The notes under the pieces: generated by a model
What the model was told of the DNA's origin: nothing
The model's input: the letters and a program-made list of their open reading frames with translations, nothing else
Database searches by the model: none
Translations under genes and position numbers: made by a program
In this document: positions 1 to 11,207 of the stretch, piece after piece
Position numbering within the stretch: the first letter of the stretch is position 1
How the letters are laid out: every line of letters starts with the position of its first letter
Source of the DNA: Psammoneis japonica
Lineage: Eukaryota
Direction of reading: 5' to 3'
Assembly (NCBI GenBank): GCA_008632985.1
Contig: QPGO01000140.1
Coordinates: 1-64,000 of the forward strand
DNA length: 64,000 nt

Positions 1-1299
1 TCTCTGCATGCCACACCCCAATGATGGCAACCCATCATGTCTGCAGCTGATTTTGTTTGAGACATGCCCTCACAGCAGAGGAGCACATTGTTGTCTCTTT
101 GGTGGCTGGCCTCCTGTGTGATGAACAGCTCAGCTTGGTTGGCTCAGCACAGCTCACTGCAGCACTTCTTTGCACGTCAATTGATTGTCCTTGCCTGGTG
201 CCTTCTCTGGCTCTTGTCTTTGTCACTGGCAAACAGAGAAGAACAAAGAGTGCTTGGCAACAGACTCCATGTCAGCTCTGCATGCCACGCCACAATGACG
301 AGGGCAACTCATCATGTTTGCCACCCAAAAAGGAAGAAACTTGTGTGCACACAGGGCCAGCCAATCTCTGGGTCAGTGATCAAGAATGACCTTGGCGCTG
401 CTGCAGCAGTCAGTGGTTCGCAGCTGCAGACCAGCTGGTGTGTTGCATCACCTCATCACATTTTTTCCAGCTCATTTCTTGACTGGCAGCAGAGCTGGAA
501 CAAAAAATGAGAACTTCGCCAGTGCACTTGGGTGTCTTTTGGCAGGTTTGCCCCAAAAAGAAAGAGCTTGCTTTGTGCAGCTGCGCACTTTTTGTCTGGC
601 CCACCTGACTGTCACTGACTGACACATGTGGTGTGTGGCTGGTGCTGGTGGCAGAAACATGTCAGAGTGGATTTTGGACCCCAAGTCGAGTCTCAACTTG
701 ATGTGACATGCAAGATGCACAATCGGCAAGGGGCAGTCAATTTCATTTTTTCCAACACACACCTGCTTGTCCCAGTGCAGCAACAACTGTGCTGAACAAT
801 TGAGTGATGCACAATGCTGTTTGATTGCAGCACCCTCCACAGCCAGAGGGCTCCAGGCAATGCTGCTGCACACTTTGTTTTTGGGTGCGCTCAGAATCAT
901 GAAAATTGAGCTGGGAGCACTTTTGGGTGCACTCAGAATCATGAAAATTGAACAAACAACTCAAGAGATCTTTGCATGAAATTAAAAAAAAATGACAACA
1001 AAAATGACTCCTGGGGCAGCACCAGCTTGGACTTGTTGTTGATGCCATCACTGACAACAACAGAAACAAGAAAGGTGTTGTTGTGTTTTTGACTTTTGGC
1101 GCTCAAAGATTGAAAGAAAAGCTCCACAAATCTTTGCACATTGGAACATCCACAAGAGCAGTGCTCCTGGCATGGCGCCAACTCGGGCTTGTTGTGCACG
1201 CTGTCACCAACCGGCATCATGCAACGCGTCTGTTGAGTTGGTTTGCTTGACATTGTGCCAGCTCTTGCTTGTTCGTTCGTTTGATGCTTGTGGCTGCTG
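1..1299. other. TpA-depleted hypermutated domain 1 (open at window start)
   Basis: Only one TA found by eye in about 1.3 kb (983-984, in ATTAAAA). CG is also rare and TG/CA is abundant. TA returns abruptly at 1300 (tgtatgtacgtcgtacgtag). Confidence 0.9.
878..951 (+). repeat. Two-copy direct repeat, 42-bp period
   Basis: ttttgggtgcgctcagaatcatgaaaattga and ttttgggtgcactcagaatcatgaaaattga; the copies differ by CG versus CA. Confidence 0.85.
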
Positions 1300-1377
1300 T
1301 ATGTACGTCGTACGTAGACAAAACAAATGATATACTGTATATTCATGATTTATAACTTTTAATGCTTTGGTCCCTCC

Positions 1378-1397
1378 ACCACGTAGCTTTCTACGCA
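1378..1397. promoter_or_regulatory. Palindromic motif CGTAG-N4-CTACG upstream of tepsin
   Basis: ACCACGTAGCTTTCTACGCA; 19/20 identical to 62501-62520. Regulatory role is inferred. Confidence 0.5.
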
Positions 1398-1625
1398 AGA
1401 CCCAATGCCGAAGATTTGAACATATAAAAATATGTACAAGTATGTAGACAATCGAATATATCCGTTGAAACATACCGCTTTACCACGCACCACGCTTCTC
1501 TCGTCACCTCTCTCTCTGCATCGCTGCTCGCCATGACCCGATCGTAAACGAGTTGCCGTTGCCAACACCACTCTACTCTACTGTACCATCCATACTGTAC
1601 AATACCAACATACAGTAACATCACC

Positions 1626-4116
1626 ATGGCCAACAGATCCCTTCTGTCCCGCGCCACGGACTCCTCCGACGCTCCTACACCGGGTTATCTGTATCTCGAC
1701 ATTGCCAAGAATGCCGCTTCGAGTCCAGCCGCATGTTCTGAGATTGCCACGTATTTGACGCGTCGTCTCTCCTCGAAGCAGAATCCCAACATCAAGTACA
1801 AGTGTTTAAAGGTGATTGCCAAGACGGCCGAGTCTCCCGTGACGCGCGGTCAGTTCAAACGCATCCTTAGTCAAGATGCACAGGCGATGAGTTGCATCAA
1901 GGAGGCGTTGCAATTTCGAGGTCAACCCGATCCGGCGCGGGGAGATGAACCCAACAATCGTGTCCGTGTGGCCGCCAAGGAGGCACTGGATGCTGTGTAC
2001 AGTGACACACCCTCGTCGGCACAACACACGTCGGCCAATGCGGGATTAGCCGGAGGAGGTATGTCTGCATCGTATAGTAGCAATGCGTACCAGCAACAAC
2101 AGCATCAAGCACAGCAGCAACAACAACAAGCACAACAACCGAAAATGGAAGGCATTGGGAATCCCATGTTTGCTGATCCACGTCTTGCGGCTCAGAACGA
2201 AAAGAATATTGGAAACATGACGTTGACGGAAGTGGTGAGTGTTGCAGGAGAAACGATTGCCGGCATGATTAAGGATCCACTTGCGCGTAATGTCGATACG
2301 TCGCATGCACCTCGTAGTAGCAGTGGAATGCCTGGATATGGAAGTCATTCGTCGACTGGTGGATATGGAGCACCACCACCGGGAAGTGCACAATTGGCAC
2401 AGCAAACGGGAGGACAATGGACCATGGCGTCCAACCGTGGACCCAATTCGGAATACTACAAGGCACGTGATGCGTCCAATGCTTGGAAGGCTAGTAGTAC
2501 CAGTGGTGGTACCAACAATACGGATGCGGCGGCGCCATCTACCATGGGCGGTGTCGGTGGTTCTTGGGGTGCAGCACCAGCAACAGCCAAACCATCGGTT
2601 GCGTCACAGTCGCGTGCGGCAGCACATGGCTTTGCTCCCACCACTACTACAGGATCGGGTGGTACGGCCGTTCAGGATGGTTCCTTTGAAAAGAATTTAA
2701 TCATGGAACTATGTCCACCCGGTGGACTCCGAGCGGAACCACCACCCGACAAGTTGGCATCCTATGCCCGATCGGTCCCGTCGCTCAATCCCGATTTGGT
2801 GTGTCCCGCACTCTTGGATGCACTCGAAGATGGACAACCGTGGATTATTCGAGCCAAGGCGCTTTGTGTCATGGAAGTTACCATTGTGGAGGCGGAAAAA
2901 CACAAGCAGCATGAGCACAATGCCTATGCGGATTTCTTTCATGCCTGTCGGGCCGAAATTGAACCGCTGGCGCATCATGCTCGTGCGGCGATTCGGGATC
3001 CTGCCAAGCGGGTCTTGAAGGCATTGGGGATTGAGGAAAGTGCTCAAGTTGCAACCGCAGCAGCTGCGCCTGTGGCGGCTCCGCCACCTGTTCCGAATCT
3101 ATTGGATTTTGACAATGACGCTCCGACGGAACCGGCTGTGCCACCACCGGCTTCGGCTCCTCCTCCGCCAAAGCCGAGTCCCACTTCGACTAGTACTGGA
3201 GATTCGTTGTTTGGAGGAATGAAGGTCAAATCCACGACGGGTACTCCTTCTACGGTTGCATTGAAAACGACTACTAGTGCACCGGCAGCAGCCACGAGTT
3301 CTACTCCAGCGACGGATACGCTCTTGGGAGCCACGGCACCCGCTGCTGCGACTGTCTGCTCCGTCCACGTCAGCCGCTGGTGCATCGCTCTTTGGAGATG
3401 TCCAAGTCAAACAGCACCAGCAGCCACCACTACTACGTCTGCTACTACTACTAGTGCTGCGTCTGAGGCAAAGGTGAGCACTTTAGTTTGTATGATGTTG
3501 TGTTGCTTGTTTGTGTCAATTGTCTAACCCATGATTCGCTGCAAATCATCTCGTTACTCTACAATATATACAGGACGTTGGAACGGCGGTGGCAACGAGT
3601 GGATCGGCGTTTGGGTTCATCAATGGCAGTGGTACTACAGCCACCAACACCACGACTGAAGCTACTCCGACACCCGCACAAGCCACCACGAATAAGGAAC
3701 CCAAAAAGTCGACACCAAGCAAGGAATCGTTTGATCCACTTCTTTCGCTCGATATGAATTCACCGTCTCCCAATACGGCTGCCAAGCAAACGATGCAATT
3801 GTCTACAGCACAAATGCAAGCCATGGCTTACCAACAAATGATGATGCAACAACAGATGCAAATGCAACAAATGCAAATTGCGTACGCCATGCAACAACAG
3901 CAACAACACGGTGGCGCTGTTCCGGGTGGCATGATGCAACAACCGCCACAATCACTACAGCGTCCAGGATCCAATCGCAATGTCATGAGTCTTCACAATG
4001 CTAATGGATCGGCGGCGTTTAGCTTTTTAGATACGGGAACCAAACCACCACCCAAGGAGGAGGATAAAAAGTTTGATTTTGTCAAGGATGCTCTCAAGAA
4101 TGAATCGAAAAAGTAA
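1626..4116 (+). CDS. TEPSIN: Tepsin (AP-4 accessory, ENTH/VHS-like domain protein), 2 exons
   Basis: N-terminus LLSRATDSSDAPTPGYLY...IKYKCLKVI matches the tepsin ENTH pattern; second helical domain around WIIRAKALCVME. Phase-0 intron 3474-3573 (GTGAGC...TACAG) joins ORF 1626 to ORF 3589. Probable compensating indels at about 3350-3410. Confidence 0.8.
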
Positions 4117-4443
4117 AAAGAACAAAGTAAAATAGTAGTGAATGTGAAAGTAGAACTGACATGCTATGGCTTATCATTGAAGCTGAATCAAAATTCATGC
4201 CTACAGTACCCACCTTGGATTCTAGAGTAGTCACTGGTTTGTCCACTCGCCTCGTCCTTGTGGTATGCTACCGGTAGTGTTGTTGTGTTATGATATACCG
4301 GTAGTGTAGACGGTAAACTGGCAAACCATGGCTGGGTGACCAGCACGACGCAGTGAAATACGGACCGCCACGTGATGCGCGCACGCGGTTTCCAAAATTT
4401 CCCTCCGACATGACGCCATCATCATCCAACTTGACACCACAGT

Positions 4444-5535
4444 ATGACACCGCATCACATTTCGGTCGTTGGCTTGCCGACATTGTTCACCATGTTTTTT
4501 GGTTCACAGCTCAAAGTATTGCTGAGTTTCTCGCTGTTCAGTCATACAGCATCTGCCATTGCTGTTCCCGCAGCATCGACGACTTTTCCTCCCGTGCTTC
4601 GTGATGCCCTTGCCGTCGCGGGCTTTTCCAACGATGAAATCAAACGAGTCCAAAAGGGCGAGATTCTCAGGACGGTGCGAAAGTCACCGCACGAGAGGGA
4701 GATTGTACTGTCGTTTGCTTGCCTTATTGAAAACATGACGCCCGAAGAATGCAAAGACATTTTCTTGAATTCACACAAATATGAGGACCTCGACCCGACA
4801 ACGACTTCTTGCGGCCTTTTCCAAGAGGGAACAGTCGACGAACTCAAGAAACTAAAGCTTCATCCTAACGGAAAGAAATGGGCAGCAAAGTATTCCAATG
4901 CCAAGCCTGGAACCGAGATCAATCTGTCCCAAGAAGAAATTGATTCCTTCAACGAGGTCAAGGGCAGCTCACCTAGTGATCAAATCAAGGCTGTGGAGGA
5001 ACGCTTGCGCAAGATGCTTTTCAAGAGATATACTGCCTATCGTGAACGAGGCATGGGTGGGATTGTGCCCTATGCGAGAGCACAGGGTGATACACTGGAT
5101 ACAGCCCAGAAGCTTGGTTCTCACAAAACGAAAATATCGGAAATGATTGAAAAGGAATGCCCAGCCTTCTATCGCTTTTTCCAAGAATACCCAAACAACC
5201 GACCTGATGGTGTGGAGGAGAGCTTTCTGTGGTATAACCTCAATGCTGACGGTACACCCACATATAATCTCAATCATCGAATGGCTTGTCTCCTTGACGA
5301 CGGAGTTGAAGTCATGTCAGAGAGAGTATTTTACAACAGCTGCATTCTCAACTACGTCCAAAACACGGGTGTTGCGTTTCCCGTTGAAAATGGTGGAACT
5401 GCACTAGTCTTTTCCATGAGAGCTTCTACCGATATGGTTACAGGCTTTGGGGGTGGAGCCAAGCGGACTCTGGGGACCAAAGTACTTGGAAATACAATGA
5501 CGGAGCAGCTAGAAAACATGCGTAAACTCGCTTAG
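4444..5535 (+). CDS. Hypothetical protein (true start uncertain, possible 5' intron)
   Basis: 363-aa ORF with normal globular composition; family not recognised. Confidence 0.7.
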   Translation: MTPHHISVVGLPTLFTMFFGSQLKVLLSFSLFSHTASAIAVPAASTTFPPVLRDALAVAGFSNDEIKRVQKGEILRTVRKSPHEREIVLSFACLIENMTPEECKDIFLNSHKYEDLDPTTTSCGLFQEGTVDELKKLKLHPNGKKWAAKYSNAKPGTEINLSQEEIDSFNEVKGSSPSDQIKAVEERLRKMLFKRYTAYRERGMGGIVPYARAQGDTLDTAQKLGSHKTKISEMIEKECPAFYRFFQEYPNNRPDGVEESFLWYNLNADGTPTYNLNHRMACLLDDGVEVMSERVFYNSCILNYVQNTGVAFPVENGGTALVFSMRASTDMVTGFGGGAKRTLGTKVLGNTMTEQLENMRKLA

Positions 5536-6315
5536 ACGAACGTAAAAAAAGAAAGTGGCAGGGAAAGCTGAAATAGCACGACCATGACCCGACTCTTCGT
5601 GATTTGCGCGTAGGGCCCTACCGTATGCATGTGCTGTACTTGTTCGGCGTCTGACGTCCTCTAGAGAAACCCTTATTGACTGAGCGGGATGTCCTGCTTC
5701 ATCATTTTGTACCCCTCTGAGCGTTTGAATGTGTGCATTTTATTCTAGAGAGTGGTCCCCCTTCCCTTCATCTCTGTGGGGTTTTCGTGAGCATACGCAG
5801 GTCGAACTCGGGGTCGACTGCAGCGAGATTGCCATTCCCACGTTCAACGGAACTTGCTACCAAGTACGTCCCGAGAGAGTACTCTAGAGAGTAAACTGTT
5901 AGTAGGAGGTTCGTAAAGAGCACTAACTAGAACTAGAGAGTACGATCTAGAGTATGAAGAATTCAATTCGATCAAATCTTTGCGTTCAATATCCATGAGC
6001 CTCATGCATCAGATGAGGAAACAAAACATAATGAATACAGTCAGAAACAATATCCAATGGGAACTCTTCATGGTTTAGGTCCCTACAATCTAGGTTCCTA
6101 CCTACAACAATCAGGATTGTGATCCTTGTCGGAGGTTAGAAGCTCGACGGTCGACGGCTTGACTTCAACACGATATCCGCCACCACGATTGAATCAAGAC
6201 TGACGGACGGACAGTCAATAAATATTTATTCAGCCACGTATCTTTTCAATTTCGGCGAAGATGCCTCACTCTTCATCGCTCGTCGCATCGACCATGACAA
6301 ATCATAACAATCGAA

Positions 6316-7791
6316 ATGCGTTCCTCACTGCATAGTCGACGGACTCCCAAGAAGTTCAGCTTCCGCTATGTGATTGTATGTCTATCCTGTTTTATGCTAT
6401 TCCCGCTAGCATTTAATGTCTTGGTTGTTCTAAGGGGATTGAATAACAATTCGATGACAACCAGTATTTCGTCAGAACTGGATTCAACAATGCCTCTGAA
6501 GCAAAAGCCATCCGTGGCAGCAAAGGCGACCGTGGGATATGCCATTTCACTCATAAAATGCAGCGATTTTCAGAGTAGTACCGCTGGAATGATAGATGCC
6601 GCCCTAGTTATGCGACACTCTATTCATAAGACATCCATTCGTAATCCCGAATCGGGGAGCCAGTACGATTACAAAATGTATGCGCTGGTTCACAGACAAG
6701 CCGCGAGTTGTTCTCAGGTCTTGCGAGATGTAGGATTCGAGGTTCTTGTCGTGGATCCACCTATTCAACCAAAGGATATCAAGGGTGAATTCCTGGCACA
6801 GCGCATACATCGCGAATGGTGCTGTGGCCATGATGAGTTCATCAAACTATACGCATACACAAACATACCTCATCCGATTGTCGTCCATGTCGATATTGAC
6901 TTTGTCTTTTTGAAACCCATGGACGAATTGTTTGATGCCATGCTTTACGACTCAAAGTCGAAAGAGGGTCAAGCGGCGCGACAGCGCATTCCAATCGAAA
7001 CTAACTTTCTGCAAGGTTCCGAAATGCCAGATCGCATCGATGCCTTTTTTACCAAGGACTGGCCCCAAGTGATTCCCGGGCGTAAGGCAGCATTCCAAGC
7101 AGGGTTCATTGTGCTGCGTCCGGACAAAACAGTATATGATGAAGTCATAAACGTGATTCTAGAAGGAAATTTCACGGAAGGTTTCAGTCGCCATAACGGC
7201 TGGGGAGGCATGGGGTACGGAGGTTTTGTTGGGGCTATGGCGATGCAGGGACTCATGGCCTACTACTATGATGTGGTTCGCCCAAATGTTGCGGTCGAAG
7301 TGAATCAGTGCCGATACAATTGGATGGGTATGGATGTAAGATACAACGCCCAGCCCAACTTTCAGAAGCGTTTCAAACTTACTGGACGCTGTCGCAACAA
7401 TGAAGAATCGTGCGAAGATTGTCGGTATACTGACTTGTCACTAATAAAAAATGTGCATTTTACACAATGCCGCAAGCCATGGAACTGTATGGGCGAAGGA
7501 AACAAAGGCGGGGGTAGAGACGAGTCGAAAAAAGGTTATATCGATCTTAACGCCGGGGACTTGCAGCAATGCCTAAAGGTGGTTCGAAAATGGCATGAGA
7601 TTCGGACTGAGTTTGAAGACTTGTTTTATAAGGAAACTGGGGACGAAACGATACTGGGTAGCCGATCAGGAACATACATGCCCGATGTATTCATGGGGCA
7701 CTGTAACGAGATCTTTCAGAATGGATACAACGCCATTGCTGCAAAGCCGGAATCCTTTCAAAAAGTAGCGCATTTGTATTCGTCAGATTAA
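6316..7791 (+). CDS. Type II membrane glycosyltransferase, GT8/glycogenin-like
   Basis: N-terminal TM helix, EFIKLYAY, DxD (VHVDID), AGFIVLRP, QGL, and HFTxCxKPW motifs. Confidence 0.8.
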   Translation: MRSSLHSRRTPKKFSFRYVIVCLSCFMLFPLAFNVLVVLRGLNNNSMTTSISSELDSTMPLKQKPSVAAKATVGYAISLIKCSDFQSSTAGMIDAALVMRHSIHKTSIRNPESGSQYDYKMYALVHRQAASCSQVLRDVGFEVLVVDPPIQPKDIKGEFLAQRIHREWCCGHDEFIKLYAYTNIPHPIVVHVDIDFVFLKPMDELFDAMLYDSKSKEGQAARQRIPIETNFLQGSEMPDRIDAFFTKDWPQVIPGRKAAFQAGFIVLRPDKTVYDEVINVILEGNFTEGFSRHNGWGGMGYGGFVGAMAMQGLMAYYYDVVRPNVAVEVNQCRYNWMGMDVRYNAQPNFQKRFKLTGRCRNNEESCEDCRYTDLSLIKNVHFTQCRKPWNCMGEGNKGGGRDESKKGYIDLNAGDLQQCLKVVRKWHEIRTEFEDLFYKETGDETILGSRSGTYMPDVFMGHCNEIFQNGYNAIAAKPESFQKVAHLYSSD

Positions 7792-8269
7792 CATCTCGGA
7801 AATTGTGTAGAATCACGGTTCAAGAGCATATCATCCCCAGGTACAATGCAGTACACGAATTATAAACTACTCTAGAATGTGTCACTTCGTTCTCAAAAAT
7901 CTTTATTATACCACTACCGAATTGCGCCACACCATTTAGAGGCGAAACCAAAAGATTATTGGGTCAGATTCTCAACGCGATTCTAAAACCAGTCTGTTTT
8001 GACGAGGGAGCTTGACTGTTCCGCTCGGAGTCTCATGTCTATGCCACCAGCCTCGAGTGATAACCGTAGTGAAAGGAGCTTCCGCTCGTATTCAAGCCAC
8101 ACTAGCGACAAGTCATCTACACAAAGCTCCGATATTCGGCTTTACAAGACAGTCAAGGGTAGTCGAGCGTGCATATATCGCCAGTCAAGTGTCTTTATGT
8201 TTTGGGTGTAGTCTACCACATGCTTCAAGAAATGTGTTCGTCCTTTCCATTCGGTGCTCATTAGCTTGT

Positions 8270-10640
8270 CAACATTGATCAACACAAGTTTTACAGAAGG
8301 ACCAGGTTTTCCTTTGGAAGACGCAATGTAAACAAAAAACAAGCACTGAACACAGGAGAGCAATGGCGCAGTCTGCATTCTGCATTGGCATTCGAGGACT
8401 CGTGATTAATGGAGAATGCCAACGAAGTTCATTTTCATGCCGTGCTCATGCTCAAGAACTGTCCGGAATGAGTTGCGATGGGGGCACTCCGATGAGTGGT
8501 GTGCCTTTGTGGTCTCTCATTGGTGCCATTGGGCAATCATTCTTTGGTGCGATCGCGATTGCGGTTGGATGCCTCGCGGTTGTTGGCGACATGGGTCATG
8601 GGAAAATGACATTCTTCCTTTGTTGTGCTGTTCAGCTTGCATGGATTCCCTGCATTGCAGGTGTGATGGGTGTTGGGCAACAGACCACCAATCCTGAGAC
8701 ACAAACCTTTGTCCCAGCCGATCTCTCACCAACGGAGAGTGACGTTCGATTTGTCAGGTCCACGGGTGTGTCAACTGTCCTTGCTCACAGATTTGCTTTC
8801 ATCGAGTCTCTGTCATTTGCCACTTTTGGTCTCCTTGCCTGCCAAAGTGGCAAGCCACAAGACAGGTCAGCAGGACATTGTCATGGATGCCTTGTTGTGT
8901 GTGCAGTGCTGTCGTTCTGCTTGCCGGTTTTGCCCAGCTCACCCTTGGATCTTTCATTCTCGGCAACTGTCAGAGTGGCCCTCTGGACAACCCTGTGTTG
9001 GTTGCCATCTACACCATTTTCTTCCCTGAGATCAGTGCATTTGTTGGGCTTGTCCAGCTGTTCACTGGAGGAATGCGCATTTTCAGGTGAACTTGCCATG
9101 ACTGTGAATTGTGCATCACTTTGCTCATTTTTGCACGAAGCACACAAAAATCTCCATTTGACTTTTTGAAACAAATCGTCATCTTTGTTGTTGCCATGGT
9201 TTTTGTCAGCTCTCTTCTGCTGAAGGTGAGTTGATCGTCTCGTTCTCGTTGCGAATTGGATCTGCTGGAGTCAAGTCATTGCATGTCGTCTGCACACAAT
9301 TGCCACACAGACCTGAAGGCTTGGGTCCTTGATGGTTTTCCTCTGTGTGTTTGATTGTGTGCATCTTTGGAAGTTGGTTTGAGGCAAAATGATGATTGCC
9401 TGTCAAAGCAGTCCGTGGCTCCGATGGAAATGCACCACGATTGTCAGCAAACTTGCTTCTTGCATGTGCACTGAATGTTTGTAAATGTCCAATGTGGCAG
9501 TGAACCACAGCCAACCAATGCACTTTTTAGTGCAACAGTTGTTGTTTGATCAGGAACAAGATTGGGGCCAGCCCCTGCTTCATTTTTTTAAATGCACGCT
9601 GAAGGCCCTTTGATGTCGTGGACCAAGATGGTGTGCTTGACAGCACCACAAAGGGCAGCCTTTTTTTTTAGGTTGCAAGGTGGTTCAGACCACTTGAGTT
9701 GCTCACTGAGCATCTCACAACTGATCCCTCACAGGTTTGACACTCCTGTGGGTTGCTGGCTCACAATGTCAGCTGCACTCTCCATGTTCCACAGTGTTTG
9801 AAGATCTGTTTGTGTTGTTCGTTCATTTTGATCTTCTCACTGAGTGATGCTTTGCAACTCACACTCTTTTTTAGATTTTGATTTCCATTTTTTAACAGAT
9901 GACATGAATGGAGAAGTGCTTTGTTTGGAAGCTGTGCTGACACTTGCGTCTGCATTTGCTCTGGACAGCGACATTGAGGTGTCATTGTTGTGGCTCTTTG
10001 GGGGGCTGTTGAAGTTGCTTGCAAGAAGCCCATGCATTGGGTCAGATTGACAAGAGTTTGCTCAAGCTCCTCCAAGCATCTGTCATTCAAGTCACTTGGG
10101 CACAAAACATGCCACCCAATGTGCATTTCCCCATCTCACTCACGTCCCAGCAGCCAACGACACTCCTGTGCAACAGGTGCATCTCTGCGCTCAGTCGCAT
10201 TGACGGGGCTTTTTTGTGCTTTTCCAGGCACTCTGTCTGACACACAGAAAAGTGCATCAGCCCACAACCTCCATCAAGTCTCAGCAACAATGATGCTCCT
10301 GCTCAACTGAAGTGTCCATGAGCCACTTTGGTTGCTGAGCTTGACCTGTTCCCCAAGGAACACAAAAATGGCTGGCAAATGCTCCCTCCCACAACTCGAC
10401 ATGACTTTCCAAGATCCGGCATCAGTCATGATTTGTGCAAAGCCCATGACCATGTGTGCCCAATTGTTGGCGCAGGCATGATTCCCAACATCGAGAGTTG
10501 CTTTCATCATCAAAGTGGGGCTTGCCTCATGTGTTTTCCTGTTTCCTTGTCTGAAGCGGGACAGTCTCATTTGCCAAGGCCAAAAACCGCCACGACGGAG
10601 TGACGCATTTGCTGCAACTCCCGTCACAATCGGGTGCTGC
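8270..10640. other. TpA-depleted hypermutated domain 2
   Basis: Very few TA, mostly in TTTA/TAAA/TTAA (e.g. 8292, 8329, 8407, 9482, 9528, 9589, 9669, 9872, 9893). Many overlapping Tyr-free, Cys/His-rich spurious ORFs. Confidence 0.9.
8465..9090 (+). pseudogene. Decayed paralog of the membrane protein at 41482-42633
   Basis: GVPLWSLIGAIGQSFFGA...NPETQ...FAFIESL...YTIFFPEIS aligns with the intact gene. Frameshift near 8900 (TG slippage), truncated at both ends, Tyr->Cys/His and Arg->Cys/His changes. Confidence 0.92.
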
Positions 10641-11207
10641 TAGAGTGCCAAGATGTCATCTTTAACAAGCCAAGATTCCTTGTTGTATGTTGGCTGCGAC
10701 CATCCCTTTGTGGCCCCAAGTAAGCGTGTGGCCTTGAAGCTGTCAGATGTGACGCCGCAGTCTTGTCACACCATCAAGAACGCGTGTCGCGCCAAAGCGT
10801 CCTTTGTAGCAATACAAACACGAGAACTAAGCCCAAACTCGAGCGACGGGAAAGCAGAAGTAATAGCTCCTCTAGATAGAAAACCCGCAACAGCTAGAGC
10901 TTTATTCTATCTTGGCACCAAGGCATCCTAGTCTAGTTTTTGCCCGATGAAGTATGACTACTTTTTGAACTCCTACCTCTGCAGACCACACTCTAGTGGA
11001 GGGACTCTTGATTTGAGGGGATTGCTTCCGGTGGTTGGAAAACTCTAATACAGACTACATATTTATCGGCACTGCACTGACAGAATGTGGATCCTCGGCA
11101 TTGATGAAAACGTACTACTCTTGCGACGACCGGAAGATGACAACTACAAAACACTATTTTTACAAATCACAAATGTTGCAGCAATTCTAACAATCCTGCG
11201 TCGCCTG

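Noticed and set aside
10645..10918. 10-bp inverted repeat (gtgccaagat / atcttggcac) at the edge of domain 2, possible MITE
   Set aside because: Short enough to arise by chance, with no clear target-site duplication and no second copy in the window.
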